A DNA stretch of 64,000 nt, taken from assembly GCF_001447785.1 (NCBI RefSeq), contig NW_015177030.1, positions 408,053 through 472,052 of the forward strand, written 5' to 3'. The DNA comes from Gekko japonicus (Eukaryota). How positions within the stretch are numbered: the stretch's first letter is position 1; every line of letters begins with the position of its first letter. The notes beneath the pieces are model-generated. The model was not told the origin of the DNA, searched no databases, and saw nothing but the letters and a program-made list of their open reading frames with translations. A program made the translations under genes and the position numbers. Below are positions 28,918 through 39,256 of the stretch, one piece after another.

Positions 28918-29640
28918 GGGGGGGGCGGCCGAGCGGGTGGGCCGGGGGAGCGGCGAGGCGGCGGAGCGTGCGTCACGCGCGGAGAAGGGGCGGCCGCCGG
29001 CGCATGCGCAGTGCCGGGAGAGCGCCTGAGGGGCGAAGGTTGGCGCTGATGGCGGCCGCCGGGTCCGGAGCGAGGAAGCCCGGCTCCCCGCGGGACTCGG
29101 AGTCGGAGGTCTGGTCCCGCCGCGTGAGGGAGCTGGTCGGCGCGGAGCCCGCCAACCGGCTGTGCTTCGAGTGCGGCCAGCGCGGCGTCACCTACGTCGA
29201 CATCACCATCGGCAGCTTCGTCTGCACCGGCTGCTCGGGGGCGCTGTGAGTGCGGGAGGGGCGGGCCCTCCGTCTCGTCCCCGTGTCTTCTCCCGCGGGG
29301 CCTGGGTGCACGTGTGGACGGTGCCAGCCCTGCGACCCCGCGTTGGCCTCCCCGCCGCGGGAGGGAGGGAGGGAGGGAGCCGCGGCCCAAGGTCACCCTC
29401 TGCAAACAGCGCAGCCCGACGAGGGCCCCTCTCCAGCCCAGCAGTCTGCTGCACCACAGCCAAGGCGCGGGGCCCAGAGGCCGCCTCCCCGCAAGCACCG
29501 TTACTCAGGGGGGGGGAGGGGGCGCCTTTCCTCAGTCACCCATCGCGCGGGTCGCGAGAAAGGCACGGGAGCCTCAACCAGCAGCGCGGATCTGCACCCG
29601 GGAAAGCTCCTGCCGCAGGAAACGTGCTAGTTTTCAGGGC
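28918..29640 (+). promoter_or_regulatory. AGFG2 CpG-island promoter
   Basis: CpG-dense; CRE-like TGCGTCA near 28969, GC box near 28987, NRF1 motif GCGCATGCGC at 29000-29009, all just upstream of ATG 29049. Confidence 0.75.
29049..29245 (+). CDS. AGFG2: AGFG2 exon 1 (ArfGAP zinc finger)
   Basis: ANRLCFECGQRGVTYVDITIGSFVCTGCSGAL; donor CT|gtgagt. Confidence 0.93.
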
Positions 29641-32600
29641 GTCCCAATGGGGCTTTTCCTCCTTTTATGGCAGCGGGGAGAAGGCAGACCTGGAATTCGC
29701 TGCCCGAGGATGTCGTGATGGCCACAGGAATAAAACAGCTTTAAACGAGGCTCAGACAGATTAATGGTGTCTGTCAGTGGCTACGACGGAGGGGAACCTC
29801 CACATCCAGAGGCAGTCAACCTCTGAATCCCAGAACCAGGAGGCAGGCAGGGCCACTGCGTGAGGAGACAGGATGCTGGGTTAGATGGACCCTCACTGGT
29901 CCGATCCAGCAGGGCTCTTCTGATGTTCCCTGCCTAGTCCCGACATCTGCCTTTACACACCCAGGTCCTATCTGGTCTGCAGAGGAACTCACCTGTGCCA
30001 AGCCCTGCCAGACAGAGCTAGGGTGGAAAGAACTGCAGCGGGGAGCGAAGCCCCATTGCTGACTGCTCCTATGCAGGGGAGTGCCCCAGCCTGCAGCACG
30101 TACTTAAGTGACCAGACTACAGACAGCTGCACTCTCACACGTGTCCCCACTGCAGATGTGCATTTGATTTTCTGCAGATCAAGTGAAACTCTTTTCTTCA
30201 AAATGCAGCATGAGCCATAGCTCTCAGGCATGACGATATGGGGGGGGGCTGTACCCTGAGGTTACCCCTGTCTGCCGCAGAATTGAGGAGCAAGTGAGGG
30301 GGTGGGGGTGGGTGCACTGGGACAGTATGAGGGCATGGGCTTGTCCAAAGGGTTGTAGACAGGAGCCCTTGTTGGGGAGGGGGCAAAGACAGCCTTTTCC
30401 GCCTTCTTTTGGGAGGCAGTGTCGACTGCCCAGGAGCCTGGCCGACGGGAATACAGACCCTAAATACCTAAAGTGAGACACCTGCTCAAATTGCTGCCTG
30501 TCCATTGGCATCTGAGGAATATGAGCCCGTTGGCTAAAACCATAACCTTAGTTTTGTCTGAGTTAACACTAAGAAGGTCATTTTTACCATAAGAACTAAA
30601 CTGCTTGAACAGTCTTCCACGGCCTGTTTGATAGATTCAGGTGGGTAACCGTGTTGGTCTGAAGCAGTAGAACAAAGTTTGAGTCCAGTGGAACTTTTGA
30701 AAGGTTATACCCAGAATTAAATTTTGTTTGTCTTGAAGGTGCTACTGGACTCAAACTTTGTTCTAAGGCCTGTTTAAGAACATAACAGAAGCCAAGGCTG
30801 GATCGGGCCGGTGCCCCATCCAGTCCAACACTCTGTGTCACACAGTGGCCAGAAATACCGGGTGCCATCAGGAGGTCCAGCAGTGGGGCCAGGACACTAG
30901 AAGCCCTCCCACTGTCCCCCCCCCCAAGCACCAAGAATACAGAGCATCACTTGCTCCAGCCTGAGAGTTCCTATCTATACCTTGTGGCTAATAGCCACTG
31001 ATGGGCTTCTGTTCCATATGCTTATCTAATTCCCTCTTAAAGCTGTTTGAGTAAAGGATAGCAACACGATGTCCTCAGCATACAGCGGTATTGCACTGGG
31101 CTTGTCCCCTACTTTTCCTGGGGCGGGGATGAGTTCCTGACAAAGATCCCATCATGCCAGGGAGGGGTTGCAGGCAGGCGGTGGGTGACATCCGAGGACT
31201 CCCTTTTCAGGGCCTGGAAAGTTTAGAGCAGATAACCCCGCCTGTGTCCCCCCTGTGACCCAATGGAGCCCTTGCTCCTCTCTCTGGTGCTTGCATGCCC
31301 TTGTAAAGAAGAGCTGCAAGTGTGACTCGCAGCAAGATCCAGGGCCCTGGCGCCCCAGCCCCCAAGTGGGTCATTCACATGTGAGGCCTGCCGCTGCACG
31401 AATGGCTCTCTGAATATTTCATGTGAGGCCTCTGAATAATTTACGGCTGCAGGCCAAGAACTTGTATGTCAGCAGTTCTGGGTGGCAGAAAGCGAGGGCA
31501 TAGCTCAGCCAGCAGAAGCCTTTGGGGGGGGGGTGACGTCCAGATATGGCTTGGTCCTGAGGGCTGGTGCTCCTTCTGGGACTGTCCTATCCCCTCCCCT
31601 CCTGCAGGATGGCTCTCGGCATCAGGGCTCACTTGGGGCGCGTAGTTCCTTGAACTGGGCTAGAACTCAAGAGTCCTAGTTTTGTGCCTTTCGGGGCGGC
31701 TGAGGCTTGGCTTCCTATCAGTTGCTCTGTACGGAAGGTACCCTTTTCTCATCCCCCCGCAGCCGCGGCCTGAATCCCCCTCACCGGGTCAAATCTATCT
31801 CCATGACAACCTTCACCGAGAGCGAGGTACAGTTCCTCCAGTCTCGTGGGAACCAGGTGAGTTGGAGGCTGGTCCCTGCCCCTGTGACAGAAGGAGACCC
31901 GGGACTTTGGCTGGGAAGTGGAGCCGGGGAGAGGAAAGGATTTAGAGGGAGATGGTCTGGGATCTTGCTCTGACCACCCCCCTCCCCCTGACTGCAAGTT
32001 CCTGCTCTGATTCTTTCTCTCCCCCCCCCCCCCAACCCTCCCTCGCCCTGCGAAAAGACCTGGGCTCTTTTGACTCGCGGACGTCTCTACTTCCGGATTC
32101 CCAGGACCCTCAGAAGTTGAAGGACTTTCTGCAGGAGAAATATGAGAAGAAGCGATGGTGAGGCAAGGGAGAAAAGGGGCTGGGGAGGGCTGAAGTCAGG
32201 GCCTCCCTCATTGCAACGAGCTCTAAGTTCTGTCCCAGAAGATTAACTGGTGCACAAAGTGTTGCGCGTCGGAGTCATTTGCTTATCTTTCCTAACTTGT
32301 TCCCGTACCCAAATATGAGCCTTCATGAAAGGCAGAGTCAAAGCAAACAGGGATCCAGGGGAAAGGGGGGGGAGGTGGCTCCGGGAGGCTGTGCGGGGTG
32401 ACTGATCCTCCCATCTGGCTCTGTCTGCAGGTACGTCACGCCTGACCAAGGCAGAGGCTTAACTTCTCTGGCTGCCCAGAGCTCCGCCGCAGAGGTCAAG
32501 ACACTGTTGGGGGACTCGGGGCCAGTGGCTATGGCGGTCAAGCCTGCCCAGGTTGGAACTGCTGCCCATAACTCTTGAGCTGAGCAGGGTCTTCCTGGTG

Positions 32601-35600
32601 CCAGGGCCTCCGAATCAGGCTTATGTCGGCTGTGAGCAAGTGAAAAGGGGGCGTATGTGGCCAGGAGATGCGTTGCCTTCAAGCCAGCTTCCTGAGCCCG
32701 TGAGCCTTCTGGCCCGTGGGGGGGTTTACCCTGTCCCCGTTGTGGAGTCCTGACTTCCTTGCATGGTTTCCACTGCCTGCCTTGTCCTCCTCTGGAGCGG
32801 TGGTGGCTGGGGCTGCCTCTCCGGTCAGGCTCTTGGGGATATATATTTACTTATTTACATGATTTATCGTCCGCCTTTGTCACATGGACCCCAGGTGGGT
32901 TCCACAGAGTGAGTCAGCACAATCAACAAAACAGGACGTTCTGTGACTAATGCATTAGGGTATTGGAAGCTTGGAACCACCAGGAAGAAACAGAGACGTA
33001 ACCTAAGTATGAACGCGGCACATTAGTGACGTGACGTCCTTCCACTGGTCTTCTGTGGTGACCTCACGGAGTGCTGCCACCCACTTCTGCTCTGGTGGTC
33101 TCTTGCTGTGCTTGCCAATGCTCCTCCCCCCACCCCAATAATGAAGGCTTCCTTGGTGCAGGTCCAGATAGGGGGCGGGGCTGCTTGCATTCTGATGCGG
33201 GGGACCCTCGGTGTGAACATGGTGGTGTGCAGTAGGCCTCTGGCAAGAAGGCACCTGGCCTCCTCCGCGAAGGGCCAGAGATGGGGAACCCCGGCCTCTC
33301 GGTTCTTTCAGCAAGCCATCTCGTTTACACGAAAGCCAACTCATGGCCACCTCTTCGTTTGGGTCCTACTTCTGTGGCTGTTTCTTCCCCCCGTTTGCCA
33401 GTCAGAATATGCTCTGAACCAGTTTGGTGTCGTTGTGAAGTGCGCAGACTCTAATCTGGGAGAGCCGGGTTTGATTCCCCACTCCTCCGCTTGCACCTGA
33501 CTGGATGACCTTGGGCAAGCCGTAGTTCTGATAAGAGCTGTCCTCGAAAAAAGAGCAGTTTCTGTCAGAGCTCTCTCAGCCCCGCCTACCTCACAGGGTG
33601 TCTGTTGTGGGGAGGGGGAGGGAAAGGAGTTTGTAAGCCACTCTGAGACACCTTTGGGTAGTGAAGGGCCATGGGGTATAAATCCAGTCTCCTCTTCTTC
33701 TCTTAACACAGGCTGCCAGGGTGCGTGCCGGGGTCTGTCCCCCAGCACGGGCGAGGAGGGGAAGGTGGTGAACTGGTGGGGGTGGGATTTCTGGCCTTCG
33801 GGCTGACGAACATTTGTCTTCCAGTCTGTGGACAAGTCCCAACTGCAAGGCCCTCAGCCAGCCAAGAAAACCAGCATGGACCTTCTGGCCGACATTGGAG
33901 GAGACCCCTTTGCTGCGCCTCAGTCTGGACCGGCCTTTACCGCCTTCCCTGCCTTTGGAGGTGAGTGAAATCCTGTCCCGTTGGAGAGTGCGCCTGCGCA
34001 GATACGAGGTGTTGTGTGGCAATCACGCTCTCCCCTGGAGAACCTCACGCGGCATTCTTGAGAGACCGCCGTTCTCAGCCAGAGAGAACTCCCAGGCTAG
34101 GTTGGCACCGCTGGGGAGAGGAAGGGGGTCTTCTGCCTCCCTTCCAAGCTCTGCCCCCAACCTGTTGCTCTCTCAGGCCAGGTGCCAGCCCAGGCCGCTT
34201 TCACCAGTTTTGATGCCTTTGGTGGAAGTCCCGCAGCGTCGGCCTTTGGAGACCCGTTACCCTCCAGCCCAAGCCCTTTCCAGAGCCAGCCAATTCCAGC
34301 AGGTGAAGCCTCCTTGCGTCTCTGTGTGCACCTTCTTTTGGCCCCTTGGAGGTGGTGAGCCACTTGGGAGGCAGGACTCTGGAGGCTTTGGACAGGGGAC
34401 CGTCCCTCTGGTGTGGGAAAAATCAGCATTTTGTTAACATGGGGGAGGGGCAGGCTTGGAGATCATGTGTTGGGAAGCCAGGGCCACTGGGTCCTTGGAC
34501 TTCTTGGCTTCTCGGTGAGGGTGGTGGTGGACATTCCCCTTCCCCCCTCCCTTTTGTTCTGGAGAAGTTACAGAAGCCGCCTACTCGTACAGGCTCCCTG
34601 CTTGATGGGGCTCTTCCTCCCTGTTCCAGGTGGCACACACATGGGCGGATTCCCTGCGTCTCCTGCCAGCCAGCCAGGAGTGAGCATTCCAGACATGGGC
34701 GGCACTTTCCGAGTGGGAGGAGTCCCGAGCAGGTATTCTGTTTCCCGTGGATAAGGGGCCTCAGGACCTCTCTGTGCCCTGATGGGAGAGAGCAGGCCCT
34801 CTGGAGCCGAGAGAGTGGCTGCCCGTCTCTTGTCTGCGCTGAACCCGTCTCTTCCTTTGCCAGTGTCTTTGGTGCCCTGAGCCAGTCACCTCTTTTGCCT
34901 CCGCCCAGCCCAGCCGCTGCCTACGGGGGTAAGTGCTTCCGTGTCTTTCCTTTAAAGGGGGCAGCTTGCCTGCCCATTCCCTCTGCTACCTCTCCTTTTT
35001 CTCATGCAGCATGCACCAACCCCTTTGCGACATCGGCCATCTCGCAGCCCACGCTGCCTTCAACGAACCCTTTCCAAACCAACGGCTTGGCCCCAGGTAA
35101 GCCCCCACCAGCCCTCACTTCATCTTCTTGCCCCGGGGGGTTATGGGAGAAGGGGGAGAGGAGGAGGCAGAAGGTGTGGGGGGGTGCCTGCTTCCAAGAG
35201 AGGCGGTCCCCCTCAGCCTCTCCAAATAGCCGGCTGGCCTTCCCTCCACTGCAGCCTGTGACCATCATGGGGCCAAATAAGTCTTGATTGAAGCGTGAGG
35301 CGAAAGCACTCTCCTGCAAGACCAGGCATGGGTACAGCTGATTGGCTTGGATAGCAGCCTCCTACGGGGGGGGGGGGGGGGGGGGAAGGGTGTGCGTTTG
35401 CCCCAGCCCGGTCATCTTTAAATCAGGCCCCGAACTGTACTGTTTGAAAAGACAAGCGTATTTGATTGTTAGAAGATTTAAATATTGCATTTCATTGTAT
35501 TTAAATTGACCCCAGCAGTTTGTGTTTCTCTTTGTATGGCTGGAATCATGCAAATGTTTCGGTGCGTTGCCCACATCCCCCTCGTTCAGACAGGGCCCTT

Positions 35601-38600
35601 GTCCCCGTCCCCCCCGCTGTCATTGCCATCCCTGTGTCAATCAATCCACTTGGACGACACAGATCGTCTTGACAGTGGGAGATCGTTCCCCTTGTTACTT
35701 TAAAGGCGCTTAGTTTGGGCACCACAAATCCCCTCTCTGTGGTGGCCGTGGGGATGATGTATCAACCGTTCATGGCTTCACGAGAGGCCTCGGGTGGGGC
35801 CTTCTCGGCCTTCCTCCGTGTGGTTGGGCCCCAGTGGGTGGGGGCCTCTTCCTCCATCCCAGGGGGATGCTGATGCACCTCACAGCCCCAAACGCACAAG
35901 AGATGCTAGTTGACAGCAAGCTGGAGCTTAGAGGACGGGACTGTGGATGGGAAATAGTGTCCTGTTGTCGTTATACACCAGTTTGGCGTAGTGGTTAAGA
36001 GCGCGGACTCTAATCTGGGAGAACCAGGGTTGATTCCCCAGTGCTCCACATGCAGCTGCTGGTGTGACCGTGGGTCAAGAACCAAAAGGGTGAAAAGAGA
36101 GTCAAATGAAGGGCCAATATTAAAAACCTAGTTAAAACTTATAATATACAAAAAGACATGTATTTATTAGAAAGACAGTTAAAAACATACATAAGGGCCC
36201 AATGAAAGCCTCGTAAAAAAGTAAAGCCTAAACACAAGGGCCAGTACACATGACCTGAGGCGTTTCTGCCCTACTGGGGCCTTCTTCAGAGGTCAAACAA
36301 TATTGAGGCACACATAACTTAAATACGTATTGCAATAAGATAACCAATAAGTGAATATTGGACGAGGAAGAGGAAGGTTAAGCAGCAAGATCTAAAGACA
36401 CACGACAAAGATGTTTGTGAGGCCTCAAAAGGTGAAAGTCATGTGTCTGGTGCCAAATGCATAGTGGCTGAATTAGAACATTTTCCAATTTAGGTCCAAA
36501 AAAGCACCTGTGTGGCTATCAAAGTCAGAGCTAGAGTGTCCTCAAGCAAATAGCAGTCAGTCATGGCTCTCCGTCCGAGCTGTCCTCTCAGGAGCGTTTT
36601 CTCTCAGAGCTCCCTCAGCCCCACCTACCTCACAGGGTGCCTGTTGTGGGGAGGGGAAGGGAAAGAAGACTGTAAGCCGCTCTGAGACTCCTTCAGGGTA
36701 GAAATCCAATCTCTTCCTCCTCTTCGTAATTGAGCCTAAATAAATGTTAAAACCCCTGTGGCAGAGAATGTGGGAAGTAAGTTTTCCCAACTCTGGTTCT
36801 GGTAAGACGGCAACTGTGCAGGTGAGGCCAGCAGCCTCATGGAAGAGTCTGGGCTGCAGCCGGCCTGCCCGACAGCTTCCCGAAGTAAGGTGGAGCGGAG
36901 AGTTGGGCTCAGCAGGGCACCAGGACTCCTGGCTGGCTGTGGGGTCCCTGTGAGGTCCTTCCCTCTGGCTCTCTCCTTGCAGGCGCCTTCGTGGTGGGCT
37001 CCCCCAGCAGCTTCTCTGCCTCCCCCCTCTCTGGCATCTTCGCGTCTCCCTTGCAGCAGCAGCAGCAGTTTCACCCACAGGCCCTGGTGGGGCAACAGCA
37101 GAATGGCGGTGAGTAGTCCCCGTGAAGATGCGGGAGGCCGTGGTGGTTTGGCCCGCCGGTCTGGCTTCCCTCGCCCTTCTGGTCTCCTGCCTGTCAGGCA
37201 CCCGTGGCTGAGGCTCCTCTTCTTGTCCGCCAGATGGGCAAGGCTTCCCCGGGGGCCGTGTCAGGAGTTCCGCCATGTCCCACACAGGCTCCAGGAAGCT
37301 CTGGGATGGGTGGGTATGTCGGCCGTCTGAGAATCGAGGCTGCCTTGGAGCACGTGAAGCCGCCTTATCCTGAGCCAGACCCCCCCGCCTGGGCCCATCA
37401 CAGTCAGTGTTGCCTGCTCAGTCAGGCGGCTGCTCTCCGGGGCCTTGGGCGACGGTCCTCCCCATCACCCATGGCCTGATCCTTTCAACCGGAGAGGCTG
37501 CCGGGGCTTGGAGCCTCGGACCTCCTGCACGCCAAGCAGAGGCTCCGCCATTGAGCTCCAGCCATTCCTTCTCTGAATGAAGCGCGAGGTTCTGGCCATT
37601 CCGGCGTTGAAGAAAGACTTGCAGGTCTAAGGGCTGTGCCAGGTGAAATTGCAGCTCCCTTGCTTTTCCCATGGCCAGTCATACTATAGGATACATTATG
37701 TAGATCTGGAAAAGTGGCAGAATGGGATGGCGTTTTCTATTGTAATGGTGGGACTGGGTTGATTTTCCTGGACTTTTTAAAGCACAAAGCTAAGGAGGCG
37801 GACGGGGCCCTCCGGCTATTCCTTGTCCCTCCTGTGGATCGTGATAGCTGAGCTGTGTCAGTTCTGAGTTCAAGGACGAGATGAGCCTAGGACACCTCAC
37901 TTCCTCAGCTGCGTCCCGAAGCCAGTCCACCGAACCTTGGCCTGTGAGCAGCATTAGGTGGGGACTGGGAGGCGCAGCGGCTGTGGGGCAGAGTGCCTGT
38001 CTGCCTCTCCAGGCAGGGCAGAAGGATTTCCGGTTCCAGAGCTGCATGGCTCTCTGGCCCTTCTCTGCCTGTGATGCCAGAGAGCTGCTGCTGAGCTGGG
38101 CAGACGGGCGGTTGTGCCTCAAGTCAGGACAAGGCAGCCTCTGATCCGGCGGAGGGTCCGCAGCTCGGAGTTAGGCAGGAGGTCCCGGTTGCAGAGGGCT
38201 GGTCTGTGCCAGAACCGCCAGATCCGAGTCCAGGAGCACCCGGGAGCCCAACGAGATTTTTAGGATTCATAGAATCATAGAATGTTAGAGTTGGAAGGGA
38301 CCTCACTTGTCATCTGGTCCAGCCCCCTGCACTCTGCAGGAGCACAACTGAAAGAGAGCCCTACAACATACCCGAAAGAGGGTCATCCAGCCTCCGCTTG
38401 AAAGCGTCCAGCGAAGGAGCTCTGGAGTGTCGGGGCTCCCTTCTTCGTCAGACATGGGAGGTCTCGTGTTAAAGCATCGGGGGGAGGGGGGGCAGGGCTT
38501 TGAGGTCTTGGAGGCCGGAGGAGGCAGGGGTGCGCCCGGTGGACCGATGGGCTGCGTCTGCACCAGGCAGCTTCGTGTGTCTGGCTGCACCCTGGACAGA

Positions 38601-39256
38601 GAGTTCCCCAGGCGGGCAGCTCCGGATGGCCCGAGCCGGGAAGACTGTGCCCGAGGGCGAAGGCGGTCCCTGCCAGTCTGACTCTTCCTCAGAACTTCCC
38701 TTGGACAGAATTGTCTGGAGTGAGAAAAGGGCGGGGGGAGGCCTGGCGGCTGTTCCTCCCCGCGCTGAAGCCAGCCTTCTCTTGCTTGGCTTCCTCCCCT
38801 GCTTTAGGGTCCCCCTTCGGTGGATTTCCTATCACCAAGGTCGGGCAGAGGCCGCCTGGGCAGCCCGTGGGCATTTCAACCAACCCGTTTGTGGTAAGGA
38901 GCCCCCTTTCCTTCCCCTCTGGTGGGGGAGAGTGGTTGGGGGAGGGACGTGTGTGTGTGGTGAGGAGGAGGAGGGGGTTGGCCCCCCACTGGAGTCAGCC
39001 TGGCCATTCCCGTCACTTTGTGGGGTATGCCCCCACCCCCCACGATCAAAGAACCCCTTCCTTTCCTGCCTATTCGAAGCCGCTCGTAGAGTGCTCAGAG
39101 CCTGTGACCGCTCGGGGACCTTGCTGGCAACTGGGGTGTCCTGGCCTCCTGTTGCTCACCAGCCTTTCTGTCTGTCCCCCACAGACACCGATGACCACAG
39201 CGCCACCCGTCCCCTTCGCGCTGGGGAAGCACCCGCCCACCAACCCTTTCTTATAG
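29049..39256 (+). CDS. AGFG2: ArfGAP domain and FG repeat-containing protein 2; join(29049..29245,31763..31856,~32045..32157,32431..32551,33825..33960,34177..34302,34630..34732,34864..34928,35010..35096,36983..37108,38808..38893,39185..39256), ~440 aa
   Basis: ArfGAP zinc finger CFEC-x16-CTGC-x4-R, GLNPPHRVKSISMTTF, FLQEKYEKKRW, DLLADIGGDPFAAP, four NPF motifs, and C-terminus TNPFL*. The SEVWSRRVREL N-terminus and NYAP1 synteny favour AGFG2 over AGFG1. Phases are consistent; the exon 3 acceptor is corrupted. Confidence 0.92.
31763..31856 (+). CDS. AGFG2: AGFG2 exon 2
   Basis: ccgcag|C RGLNPPHRVKSISMTTFTESEVQFLQSRGNQ |gtgagt. Confidence 0.93.
32045..32157 (+). CDS. AGFG2: AGFG2 exon 3 (5' boundary uncertain)
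   Basis: LGSFDSRTSLLPDSQDPQKLKDFLQEKYEKKRW with donor TG|gtgagg; no in-frame AG acceptor. Confidence 0.8.
32431..32551 (+). CDS. AGFG2: AGFG2 exon 4
   Basis: ctgcag|G YVTPDQ...KTLLGDSG; donor CAG|gttgga (weaker). Confidence 0.8.
33418..33700 (+). mobile_element. tRNA-derived SINE (family B, Squam3-like)
   Basis: Head ccagtttggtgtcgttgtgaag...gggtttgattcccc. Related copies at ~14420-14610, 35978-36725 (split), 46425-46600 and 62360-62545. Confidence 0.78.
33825..33960 (+). CDS. AGFG2: AGFG2 exon 5
   Basis: KKTSMDLLADIGGDPFAAPQ...AFPAFG; donor G|gtgagt. Confidence 0.9.
34177..34302 (+). CDS. AGFG2: AGFG2 exon 6
   Basis: QVPAQAAFTSFDAFGG...FQSQPIPA; phase 1-1. Confidence 0.85.
34630..34732 (+). 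CDS. AGFG2: AGFG2 exon 7
   Basis: GTHMGGFPASPASQP...GGVPS; donor AG|gtattc. Confidence 0.78.
34864..34928 (+). CDS. AGFG2: AGFG2 exon 8
   Basis: VFGALSQSPLL...AYG; donor G|gtaagt. Confidence 0.8.
35010..35096 (+). CDS. AGFG2: AGFG2 exon 9 (two NPF motifs)
   Basis: CTNPFAT...LPSTNPFQTNGLAP; donor G|gtaagc. Confidence 0.9.
36252..36294 (-). ncRNA. Degenerate minimal type I hammerhead ribozyme in a Penelope-like insertion
   Basis: Minus strand GACCT-CTGAAGA-AGGCCCCAGTAGGGCA-GAAA-CGCCTC-AGGTC: stem I GACCT/AGGTC, CUGANGA and GAAA cores, stem II GCCC/GGGC. Confidence 0.6.
36983..37108 (+). CDS. AGFG2: AGFG2 exon 10
   Basis: AFVVGSPSSF...ALVGQQQNG; donor G|gtgagt. Confidence 0.83.
38808..38893 (+). 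CDS. AGFG2: AGFG2 exon 11
   Basis: SPFGGFPITKVGQRPPGQPVGISTNPFV; donor |gtaagg. Confidence 0.9.
39185..39256 (+). CDS. AGFG2: AGFG2 last coding exon
   Basis: ccacag|TPMTTAPPVPFALGKHPPTNPFL TAG. Confidence 0.9.
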   Translation, partial: TPMTTAPPVPFALGKHPPTNPFL

